Of a DNA stretch of 64,000 nt, positions 49,014 through 57,227 are shown piece after piece. Made by a program: the position numbers and the translations under genes. Each line of letters opens with the position of its first letter. Within the stretch, counting starts at the first letter, position 1. The DNA comes from an uncultured Acidobacteriota bacterium (GTDB taxonomy: Bacteria > Acidobacteriota > Terriglobia > Acidiferrales > UBA7541): positions 2,375,426 to 2,439,425 of the forward strand of contig OY970253.1 in assembly GCA_963715555.1 (NCBI GenBank), read 5' to 3'. The notes below the pieces were generated by a model. It saw nothing but the letters and a program-made list of their open reading frames with translations, did not search any database and was not told the origin of the DNA.

Positions 49014-50284
49014 TGTCTTGGCCCAATAATTGTGTCACCCCTTAATGGCCCAGTGAAAATGTCACCCTATGAACCGGGAGACATTTCGGTTGAGTCAGAA
49101 AGAGTTGCAACGAGTGGCTGTGATTTCATCCTGCAGCAAGGGAACTCTGACGTGTGCCAGGGCTGCGGAGCTGCTCGCTCTAACGCCTCGGCATATCAAA
49201 CGTCTCAAAGCGCGCTATCGGCAAGGCGGCGCAGCGGCCCTGGCACACGTCCGCCGCGACCGTCCCAGTCCGCGCCGTCTCCCCGATCCCCTGCGCACCC
49301 GCATCCTCGAACTGGCCCGCACGCGCTACGCGGGCTTCAACGATCATCATCTCCACGAGAAGCTCTGTGAGGTCGAAGGCCTTTCTCTGGGCCGCGAAAC
49401 TCTCCGCCGTCTTCTCCGCAGCGCCGGGATCGGTTCGCCCCGCAAACGACGCGCTCCCACTCATCGCCAGCGCCGTTTGCCTCGCGCCCGCGAAGGCGAA
49501 ATGCTTCTGCTCGACGCCAGCCTGCACCGCTGGCTCGAAGATCGCGGCTCCGAACTCGCCCTGCTCGGCTTCCTCGACGATGCCACCCGCAAAGTCCTGG
49601 TCGCCCAGTTCTTCCCCACCGAAGACGCGCGCGGCTATTTCCGCCTGCTCCATCGCTTGCTGCGCCGTTACGGCGTGCCCCTCAGCTTGTACGGCGATCG
49701 CCACAGCATTTTCGTCCGCAATGACGATCACTGGTCGACCGAAGAGCAACTCGCCGGCAAACGCCAGCCCACTCAGTTCGGCCGCGCCCTGGCCCAACTC
49801 GGTGTCACCTACATCGCTGCCCGCAGCCCCCAAGCCAAAGGTCGCATCGAACGCCTCTGGGGCACTTTTCAGGATCGCCTCACCAGCGAACTGCGCCTGG
49901 CCGGCGCCTCCGATATCGCCACAGCCAATCAGGTCCTGCGCCGCTTTCTTCCCGACTACAACCGCCGCTTTGCCCGCGCCCCGCGCCAGACCGAAAAAGC
50001 CTGGCGTCTGGCTCCTCAGGATCTCACCCGCATCTGCTGCTTCCTGCACGAACGCGCCGTCGGCAACGACAACGTCGTGCAATGGGCGGGACGCCGCTTC
50101 CAAATCCCGCCCCAACCACAACGCTTTAGCTTTGCCGGAGCCAAGGTTCACCTCTACGAATCGCTCGACGGAGACGTGACCATTTACCACGGACCAAACA
50201 AACTCCACCACCTCGGTGGTTAACTTCTCAGGGCGTGACATTTTCATCGGGCCATTAGGGTGACATTTTCACGTTGCTATAACA
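49014..50284 (+). mobile_element. ISNCY-family (IS1202-group-like) insertion sequence, 1271 bp, flanked by a 16-bp direct repeat
   Basis: The direct repeat AGTCCCGGTCAATCGG lies at 48998-49013 and 50285-50300. Imperfect terminal IRs are TGTCTTGGCCCAATAATTGTGTCACCC and the reverse complement of TGTTATAGCAACGTGAAAATGTCACCC. Internal GTGAAAATGTCAC subrepeats lie near both ends. Confidence 0.85.
49069..50223 (+). CDS. ISNCY-family transposase (HTH plus rve DDE domain)
   Basis: LSQKELQRVAVISSCSKGTLTCARAAELLALTPRHIKRLKARYRQGGAAALAHVRRDRPSPRRL matches the characteristic N-terminus of ISNCY/IS1202-type transposases as I remember it. DDE-region motifs are DASLHRW...LLGFLDDATR and SPQAKGRIERLWGTFQDRL. 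Confidence 0.85.
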   Translation: MNRETFRLSQKELQRVAVISSCSKGTLTCARAAELLALTPRHIKRLKARYRQGGAAALAHVRRDRPSPRRLPDPLRTRILELARTRYAGFNDHHLHEKLCEVEGLSLGRETLRRLLRSAGIGSPRKRRAPTHRQRRLPRAREGEMLLLDASLHRWLEDRGSELALLGFLDDATRKVLVAQFFPTEDARGYFRLLHRLLRRYGVPLSLYGDRHSIFVRNDDHWSTEEQLAGKRQPTQFGRALAQLGVTYIAARSPQAKGRIERLWGTFQDRLTSELRLAGASDIATANQVLRRFLPDYNRRFARAPRQTEKAWRLAPQDLTRICCFLHERAVGNDNVVQWAGRRFQIPPQPQRFSFAGAKVHLYESLDGDVTIYHGPNKLHHLGG

Positions 50285-50544
50285 AGTCCCGGTCAATCGG
50301 CGTCGGAGCGAAGAAACTCCAATTCTGCGCGAAGTAGGGGCTTACGTACCGTGCCAACGGGTTGACGATCCGTAACTTCAGCGGACTTGTCGGCATGTTC
50401 GATAGTTGTATGAGCGAGAAGTGTCCGGCCATAAGCAAACTGCCGAGTATGCAGGTCGCCCACCACAGTGCGTTCGTTCGCCGTTCCGTTCGTTGCTCCG
50501 CCGTCATAAGCCCCTCTTTCCTTGCGGTTTTCGGTTGTTTTTGG

Positions 50545-50934
50545 TCAGTTGTCAAACGTGTTTTGCGCGATCTGTGACATCTGCTGGGCGGTCAACTTTG
50601 TGTCATATAGTCCGGCGTTAGCGGCACCACCGGCAGCGACCAGTACGGTTAGTTCGGCATACTCTGTAACAACCGCAGCTTCTTCTTCTTCTTCATAATA
50701 TTCCTGCAACTGCAAGGCCAGACTGGCTACGGCGGTTACCGCCGCGACTGTTGCCGCGACATCGCCGACAACGTCTGTGTTCGGCGTGACGGCCGCCACC
50801 AAACCCGAATGCCGGATGGCGCTCAACGGCGTGAATTGATTCCCGGCTAGAACCGACGATGCCAGCCCGAGTGTGAGAACTCCAACCACGAGCAGGACCG
50901 TGAAACGTACAGCGAACTGCTTTGCTGTTTGCAT
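50545..50934 (-). CDS. Secreted hypothetical protein, candidate cargo/precursor of the SdpA/SdpB-type system
   Basis: ATG at 50934 lies 9 nt after GAGGAG. It has a Sec-type signal peptide (MQTAKQFAVRFTVLLVVGVLTLGLASSVLA/GNQ). The Ala/Val/Thr-rich mature region of about 100 aa carries a YYEEEEEAAVV acidic patch. The stop overlaps the SdpA-like start by 11 nt. No family recognised. Confidence 0.55.
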   Translation of the reverse strand: MQTAKQFAVRFTVLLVVGVLTLGLASSVLAGNQFTPLSAIRHSGLVAAVTPNTDVVGDVAATVAAVTAVASLALQLQEYYEEEEEAAVVTEYAELTVLVAAGGAANAGLYDTKLTAQQMSQIAQNTFDN

Positions 50935-51478
50935 CTGAATCATCTCCTCTGTGCGTATTGCCAATAACAAAAACGTTGGCATTGGGCCTTGTACCCGCGG
51001 TATGCTAAGATGTCAAGACAATAAGCTTGTTGCTTAGTAATGAAAGCAGACGGCCTTGTCCCGTGATGGGGGCACTGATGTTTTTGTACGAGCGATCTGC
51101 AAAAGAAAGGACACCTGCAAATTGAAAACCCAGCAACTTACGTGGTTTCAGCAACGCGGCAGGGCTCTAATCCCGCGTCTCCACCATCCCCAATCAGACT
51201 GCTGGGCAGGTACGATTACCTGTACTTCAGACCAGTAGCCTTTTTGCTATGAGCTGCGCTACCGTCGGCGTGAGCTGTAAGCGGTCTCCGAAATTCGCAC
51301 CAGTCGGTGACCAAGAGGAGAGCGACGGACGCGACGACGAGGCGGCAGGATACGATGTGATTGGCATCGCAAAAATTGGCCACGAACAGCGACAAGCGGC
51401 GGCCCGCTCGACGGCCACGGAAGCGGCCATTCGCTTTCGCCTTTTCGGCGCCTCGGCCGCCCCAACATCCGCTTGTTT

Positions 51479-51563
51479 TACCCGGAACAGTCAATCGAGT
51501 AAAAACGCTCGCAAGTCGTTGAAAACAAACGATCGCGTGCCGTTCTACCCGGAACGTCGCGCA
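51479..51563 (+). repeat. Dispersed repeat family 1, copy R3
   Basis: TACCCGGAACAGTCAATCGAGTAAAAACG...GAAAACAAACGA...CTACCCGGAACGTCGCGCA is colinear with R1 and R2. It abuts the truncated end of the IS1182-like transposase fragment. Confidence 0.8.
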
Positions 51564-51639
51564 ACACACGATCATGCTGAATTTACGGCTTCCGCCATCG
51601 CCAATGGTGGCGGCCGTGGGCGCTCCGGGCGAGCGCGTG

Positions 51640-52141
51640 ATTGCTCTGTGACAACCGAATCCGCGCGCAGCTTCTCCACCGTTTCCGCCGAGTCCGCGGC
51701 CGCGTTCGCCGCGATGCGCGTGGAGTCGATCGCCACGTGCCCCAGCTTGCCCATCCCCAGCGAGCGCGCCAGCTCCACCACTTGCGTGAATACCTCGTTC
51801 ATCGCTCGCCCGTGCTTCTTGCGGAACTCGTTCAGCGCCCAATAGTCCGGCTGCGCTCCGCCCGCCAGATAGCGGAACGCCAGGTCTTCGCGGATGCGCT
51901 GCTCCAGCCGCCGCGAACTGGTGATGCCCAGCGCGTACGCGTACAGCCACACCTTCAGCAGCAGCCCCGGATGGTACGCCCAATGCCCCTCTTCGCTGTA
52001 CCCGGCTTGCAAAACGGTCAAATCCAGCTTCTCCACCGCCCGATGCACGAAAAAACACAGATGCTCTCCCCCCAATACGTCCCGCACGCTCGGCGGCAGC
52101 AAGTAGGCCTGCTCCGGGTTGTACTCGTAAAAGTTCGGCAT
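51640..52141 (-). pseudogene. IS1182/IS5-type transposase fragment (N-terminal roughly 165 aa only)
   Basis: MPNFYEYNPEQAYLLPPSVRDVLGGEHLCFFVHRAVEKLDL...GYHPGLLLKVWLYAYALGITSSRRLEQRIREDLAFRYLAGG...IDSTRIAANAA matches the N-terminal half of IS1182-family transposases. The DDE catalytic half is absent. The lower boundary is approximate. Confidence 0.75.
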
Positions 52142-52500
52142 CGCGCGCATCCTCCTGCGCGCAGTATAAACGCCACGCCCCAATCCGCCCAGTTGCCACA
52201 CAGACTCTTTAGCCCCCTGGCGCCACCCAATTCAATTTCGCAGCCGATCGCTGTGATGTAGACTCTCTCACTGCAACTGGTACAAAAACTCGGGCTGGTC
52301 AGCGGAGGGTTCGGGCGTTTGAAGGTTGGATCCGCTGTGACTTTTGTTGAAGGGTTAGGAGAGAAAGGACCGCAAGCCAGCACCGTTCGTATCCGTCCTA
52401 GGCAACGAACCGGGCAATCCGCTGCTGAGTCAGTTGCGTCCCCAGTTGCTTAGGTCAGAGGGAGAGCCACGCCTGCCAGGTGTTATCGATGAGAAATTGC

Positions 52501-53424
52501 ATGATCCTGTTTAACTTTCCTAGTCATGAGCCCGTCGCGCGGGAGCTGCGAACGATTCCAACCGTGCAAGCGAGCCAATTTTCTGTGGCCCGCTACGACA
52601 ATCAAGAAATGCATATTAGGGTCGAAGGGCGTGTTTCCGGCGAACATTGCGTAATATTGGGGACCATTGCTCCTCCGGATGAATGCCTGCTTGCGGTAAC
52701 GTTGCTCGCCCAAACGCTCAAGAAAGAGGGCGCGATTAAGATCACGGCATTGCTCCCCTATCTCGCGTATACACGACAAGACAAGGACAAACAGGGAGAG
52801 AGCCTAGGAGCGGCGTGGGTTGGCACTCTTCTGAAGAGTTCTGGGATCAATCGGGTAGTCACCGTCGATGTGCATAGCGATCGCGACAAACAGCTATTCT
52901 CGATTCCCTTGATGTCTCTGCCTACCGATGCCCTCTTTGCTCAGGCTATTCAAGACCACCGGTTACAAGGTGCAACGATAGTTGCACCGGATAACGGGGC
53001 AATTGCCCGCTGCGAGGCCGTGAAGCGCGCAGCTGGGATGCCCATCGGTGAAATACCATACTTTGAGAAAAAGCGGACGGACCAAGGGATCATTCATCAC
53101 GGTCCGGTCGGCACTGTCGGGGCTAAGGTGGTGATGATCGATGACATGATCGATACGGGTGGAACCCTAATCTCCGCGTGCGAAAACTTAAGAGCTGCTG
53201 GCGTTCGGGAGATTTTCATACTAGTGACTCACGGGCTCTTCACCGGAACAAACTGGACGCGATTGTGGTCTCTGGGTGTGAAACACATTTTTTGTACCGA
53301 CACCGTTCCCATCCGAGCAGAGATGGAGACCGCGAATGTTACTGTCCTTTCGATTGCGCCGCTGGTCCGAGAGACTTTCATGAACTATGGCGATGCCGAG
53401 CCAATTGCTGTGCGAGGGATATAG
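52501..53424 (+). CDS. Ribose-phosphate pyrophosphokinase (PRPP synthetase) family protein
   Basis: LLPYLAYTRQDK (PRPP synthetase signature region) and VVMIDDMIDTGGTL (ribose-5-P / PRTase loop). About 307 aa. The start is uncertain (ATG at 52501 or 52489, GTG at 52480). Confidence 0.8.
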   Translation: MILFNFPSHEPVARELRTIPTVQASQFSVARYDNQEMHIRVEGRVSGEHCVILGTIAPPDECLLAVTLLAQTLKKEGAIKITALLPYLAYTRQDKDKQGESLGAAWVGTLLKSSGINRVVTVDVHSDRDKQLFSIPLMSLPTDALFAQAIQDHRLQGATIVAPDNGAIARCEAVKRAAGMPIGEIPYFEKKRTDQGIIHHGPVGTVGAKVVMIDDMIDTGGTLISACENLRAAGVREIFILVTHGLFTGTNWTRLWSLGVKHIFCTDTVPIRAEMETANVTVLSIAPLVRETFMNYGDAEPIAVRGI

Positions 53425-53427
53425 TCT

Positions 53428-54519
53428 TTGACGGTTGGGACTCAATCCTTGCTTTCGATCGACGGCTCGCTCGGCGAAGGAGGCGGCCAAGTTCTGAGGA
53501 CTTCCCTGGCACTAGCTTTGATTACCCGCAGGCCGTTCGCCCTGCGGAACATTCGCAGCCGGCGGCCAAAACCTGGGCTGATGCCGCAGCATTTGAAGGC
53601 TGTGGATGCGGCCCGCGAAATCGGACGAGCGAAGGTGGAAGGCGATCGGCTCGGCTCGCAGCTTCTGTTATTTGAGCCGAGCAGTATCGCCAGCGGTGAT
53701 TTCTATTTCGATATCGGCACAGCTGGATCCACATCACTTGTACTCCAGACCATCTTAATCCCACTAAGTTTCGCTAGCGCGAGTTCCCACGTCACGGTAG
53801 TTGGAGGCACGCACGTACCGTGGAGTCCATGCTTCCACTTTCTAGAATGGCATTGGCTCCGCTACATGAAAAAGATAGGCTTCGAGATTCGATTAGAACT
53901 CGGCGCCGCTGGCTTTTACCCGCGTGGAGGTGGACGCGTTGTCGCTATGGTCCGTCCAATACCCCAGCTCTCGCCGCTGCACCTGACCAGTCGCGGAACC
54001 TTAAAGCGAATCCGGGGCATTTCTGCGGTCGCCAATCTGGACAGCAGCATTGCTGAAAGGCAAAAGTCACAGGCGATCAAGCGGCTCAGCGATCTGTCGG
54101 AGGCGGTTGAAATCAGCGTCATCCGCCTCGCCTCTTCGTCGAAAGGATCGCTCCTGTTGCTCCTTGCAGAATTTGAAAAGTCTCAGTGTTGTTTCTATAG
54201 CCTCGGTGCACGCGGAAAATCTGCCGAAAAGGTCGCCGACCAAGCGGTTCACGAACTACTTGAATTCTTGGCCACCGACGGGGCCGTCGATCACTATTTG
54301 GCCGATCAACTGGTATTGCCTTTGGCCCTCGCGCCAGAAACCTCTGAGATTCGAACGTCAAAGCTGACACCTCACCTCACAACCAACATCGAGATCATCC
54401 GAATGTTTCTTCCGGCAAGTATTGATATCGAGGGGGCCATGGGGCAGCCGGCATCGATTCGCATAGGATCCGCCGAATCCGTGAATATACGGAAAGCGAC
54501 TCTCACAGGTGGAAGTTGA
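53428..54519 (+). CDS. rtcA: RNA 3'-terminal phosphate cyclase
   Basis: GSLGEGGGQVLRTSLALALITRRPFALRNIRSRRPKPGLMPQHL is the RtcA N-terminal signature. DQLVLPLALA...LTPHLTTNIEII contains the nucleotidylated His region. The TTG start is 3 nt after the prs-like stop, with GAGGGA 8 nt upstream. Confidence 0.85.
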   Translation: MTVGTQSLLSIDGSLGEGGGQVLRTSLALALITRRPFALRNIRSRRPKPGLMPQHLKAVDAAREIGRAKVEGDRLGSQLLLFEPSSIASGDFYFDIGTAGSTSLVLQTILIPLSFASASSHVTVVGGTHVPWSPCFHFLEWHWLRYMKKIGFEIRLELGAAGFYPRGGGRVVAMVRPIPQLSPLHLTSRGTLKRIRGISAVANLDSSIAERQKSQAIKRLSDLSEAVEISVIRLASSSKGSLLLLLAEFEKSQCCFYSLGARGKSAEKVADQAVHELLEFLATDGAVDHYLADQLVLPLALAPETSEIRTSKLTPHLTTNIEIIRMFLPASIDIEGAMGQPASIRIGSAESVNIRKATLTGGS

Positions 54520-55595
54520 AGGTTCATCGCGCGCATACGAGCAACTCGGCTCCGAAGGATGCGAGCCAAGAGCATCTCCAGCTCTTGCTGCTCGGAGATT
54601 GCATGTTGGGGCGGTTAGTGAATGAGGTTCTTGAGAGTAAAGAGCCGGAATATCCTTGGGCAGACACCCTCCCGATTCTTCGCGGTGCTGACTGGCGGAT
54701 CTGTAATCTCGAATGTGTTATCTCCGACCGAGGAACACCGTGGTCGGAATATCCCAAGGCATTTCACTTTCGATCCTCGGCAAAAAACATTGCCGTGCTT
54801 GAGGCGGCCAACATCAATGCCGTCTCGTTGGCGAATAACCACGTTCTCGACTACGGATACGAGGCTCTGAGTGAGATGCTGGAGATATTGGACCGGGCCG
54901 GAGTCGTTCACAGCGGAGCGGGGTTGAACTATGCTCAGGCATCACGTGTTGCCACGTCGGTGGTCCGGGGGCGAAAGCTCGGACTTCTCGCATTCACAGA
55001 CAACGAACCGGACTGGGAAGCGACCCCAAACCGGCCGGGGATTTTTTATGTGCCAACAAACCTCGGCGATTGGCGGACGACCAACCTACTGGAAAGCGTT
55101 CGGGAAAGTAGCAGCGTGGTGGATTTACTGATTGTGTCTGCCCATTGGGGTTCGAATTGGGGCTACGATCCGCCTAAGGAGCATATCTCTTTTGCTCACG
55201 CGCTAATCGAAGCGGGCGCGGACATCGTATTCGGCCATTCCAGTCACGTCTTCCGAGGGGTCGAATTCTACAAAGGCCGACCGATTCTATATGGTGCCGG
55301 CAATTTTATAGACGACTACGCCGTCGACCAGATCGAGCGCAATGACCAATCGTTCATCTACGTAATCGAGGTGACTGACAAACTTTCCGCACGTATGTTC
55401 CTGTACCCGACCCTAATTCGTGGCTGCCACGCTTCTCTGGCCGAGGGAGTCCAAGCTTCCCGCATCGCCGACAAAATGGGCGAGCTTTGTGCTGCCCTGC
55501 ACACGCGAGCGACTTGGAATCAGGCGCGAGAGCGCATAGAGATCGAGCGCTTCGACAGTACGACACCAAGCGCCTTTTCGTCTTCTGAACCCTGA
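54516..55595 (+). CDS. CapA-family (PGA_cap) metallophosphoesterase-fold protein
   Basis: LLLLGDCMLGR, AVSLANNHVLDYGYEAL and SAHWGSNW are CapA/PGA_cap family motifs. The TTG start overlaps the rtcA stop (TTGA). The start is uncertain. Confidence 0.75.
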   Translation: MKVHRAHTSNSAPKDASQEHLQLLLLGDCMLGRLVNEVLESKEPEYPWADTLPILRGADWRICNLECVISDRGTPWSEYPKAFHFRSSAKNIAVLEAANINAVSLANNHVLDYGYEALSEMLEILDRAGVVHSGAGLNYAQASRVATSVVRGRKLGLLAFTDNEPDWEATPNRPGIFYVPTNLGDWRTTNLLESVRESSSVVDLLIVSAHWGSNWGYDPPKEHISFAHALIEAGADIVFGHSSHVFRGVEFYKGRPILYGAGNFIDDYAVDQIERNDQSFIYVIEVTDKLSARMFLYPTLIRGCHASLAEGVQASRIADKMGELCAALHTRATWNQARERIEIERFDSTTPSAFSSSEP

Positions 55596-55798
55596 CTTTG
55601 AGGCGATCGGGATGAACTGGCACAAAAAGAAATAGCCGTTGTCGCTCAATTCACGAATGCCGTAATGGAAAGCGTGCCGGCGAGCCCTCGAAGGCATGAT
55701 TACGCTCTACCGCGTGCGCTGCCCTGAAAATCACCTGCCCTGAATGTGAATGAACCGTTTTGTCCCCATAGAAAAGATCTGTAGTGCTCCCCGCTAAT

Positions 55799-56674
55799 TT
55801 AGACGATCAGGGGCTCCGAGTTTAGGTCAGTTGCAAAAGCCAAGAAGGCCTCGTGCGGAGTGCGATTTTGGACTCCGCGGTGAGGCCGGTCGTGATTGTA
55901 CTCCTCGATCCAACGAGCGATGCTGGTGCGCGCTTCCTCCAGGCTGCGATACTCGGCCGTCCAGACTTCCTCTTCCTTCAAGCTGCGATGGAACCGTTCG
56001 ATGTAGCTGTTGCCCTCCGGGTGATGATAGGCCGTCCGCCGGTGCGTGATGCCCAGCCGCCCCAGCGTTTCCAGGAAGCGCGACGAGGTAAACTGCGTGC
56101 CGTTGTCCGTGGTGAGCGTCACGCTCGCTTCGCGGCTGCCCTCGGGCAGCCGTGCCAGCACTGCTTGTTCCACCGCTGCCAGCGCGTCTTCGGTCCGGCA
56201 GCGGTGCGAGAGATTCCAGCCCACGATCTCTCGCGTGCAGCAGTCGATCACGCAGACCAAGTAGGCCCAACCCACCGCTGGACCAGCCCAGATTTTGGTC
56301 ATGTCCGATTGCCAGATTTCATTGGGCCGGCTGGCTTCCACGCGCCCCCACTCTTTCCGGCGCCGCGCACGCAGGCGCCGCGAGCGCACCAGCAGCCCGC
56401 GTTCGCGCATCACCCGCAGCACGCGCTTGCGATTCACCGGCAGTCCTTTCTTCCGCTGCAACCACCACGCCACGCGGCGATAGCCGTAGGCCAACTTCTC
56501 TCCGCAGGCCATCACGATCTGTTCGTCGTAGGTGCGGTCGGCTCGGCTGCCTCGCGGTTTCTTCCGGTAGTACAAGCTCGACCGACTGATCGCCAGCGTC
56601 CCCGCCACTACCGTGGCCGTGTAGCCCTGCGTCACCAGTTCGCGCGCCTGGGAGTGAACGGCACCGCAGCTCAC
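55799..56674 (-). CDS. IS3-family transposase OrfB
   Basis: 291-aa product, identical to the copy 1 OrfB except for one residue. Confidence 0.9.
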   Translation of the reverse strand: MSCGAVHSQARELVTQGYTATVVAGTLAISRSSLYYRKKPRGSRADRTYDEQIVMACGEKLAYGYRRVAWWLQRKKGLPVNRKRVLRVMRERGLLVRSRRLRARRRKEWGRVEASRPNEIWQSDMTKIWAGPAVGWAYLVCVIDCCTREIVGWNLSHRCRTEDALAAVEQAVLARLPEGSREASVTLTTDNGTQFTSSRFLETLGRLGITHRRTAYHHPEGNSYIERFHRSLKEEEVWTAEYRSLEEARTSIARWIEEYNHDRPHRGVQNRTPHEAFLAFATDLNSEPLIV

Positions 56675-56958
56675 TCCCCCACGACGTTTTTTAGGATTTC
56701 GATCTCCAGCGACTTCCGCCCCAGCGTGCGTTCCAGTTGCCGGATGCGGCGGTCCTTCTCGCTTTCGGCCGCGGCAGCGCTTCTCCCCCCAAGCGCTGCC
56801 TTGGCTCCCTGTTCCGCTTCATCCTTCCAGCGATAGAACAGATTCGGAGCGATGCCGTACCGTCGGCACGTCTCCGACACGTTCCCGCTCTTGATGCCTT
56901 CCTGCACGATCTGCCACTTCTCTTCCGGGGATCGCTCTACGCGTGGTTTCCTGCCCAT
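56671..56958 (-). CDS. IS3-family transposase OrfA
   Basis: 95-aa product, identical to the copy 1 OrfA. The frameshift heptamer lies at 56686-56692 (minus strand). Confidence 0.9.
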   Translation of the reverse strand: MGRKPRVERSPEEKWQIVQEGIKSGNVSETCRRYGIAPNLFYRWKDEAEQGAKAALGGRSAAAAESEKDRRIRQLERTLGRKSLEIEILKNVVGE

Positions 56959-57227
56959 CTTGCCTCCTCGTTTGGAGGCCCTGATTCTACCTAAGCAGGT
57001 TGTCCAGTTTTAGTGGGGAGCACTACAGATCTGTGACATGCAGCGCGTCGAAAAATGACGAGGGTTGTGATCCCAGTCACGCGCGACCGTGATGGTTCTT
57101 ACAGTTAGATTCGGCAGACCGCTTTAGCCTCCTGTAAGTTGTAATTGGAGCGACGCGAGGAACAACCGTCCAGAAATCAGACTCTCGAAAGCGGCGAGGA
57201 ATTCGAAACATGGAGGAACTATATAAA

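Larger units (their letters stand above)
48528..50555 (-). pseudogene. SdpA-family / DUF5819-type gene, split by an ISNCY (IS1202-group-like) element
   Basis: The N-terminal fragment is 50555-50285 (TM segment, then YFAQNWSFFAPTPIDRD). The C-terminal fragment is 49013-48528. Removing the IS and one copy of the 16-bp duplication restores one in-frame ORF (...PTPIDRDYALLARVSYKDPQSGH...). Confidence 0.7.
55780..57027 (-). mobile_element. IS3-family insertion sequence, copy 2 (1248 bp, inverted relative to copy 1) with a 4-bp GATC target duplication
   Basis: It has the same termini as copy 1. GATC lies at 55776-55779 and 57028-57031. The OrfB products differ at one residue (Q versus E in EYRSL[Q/E]EAR). 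Confidence 0.9.

Noticed and set aside
46873-57027. The idea that the two inverted IS3 copies form a composite transposon, or have inverted the 7.7-kb segment between them.
   Set aside because: The outer flanks (TTGC and GATC) do not match, so there is no composite-transposon duplication. Copy 2 has matching GATC on both of its own sides, which is incompatible with a simple inversion between the copies.
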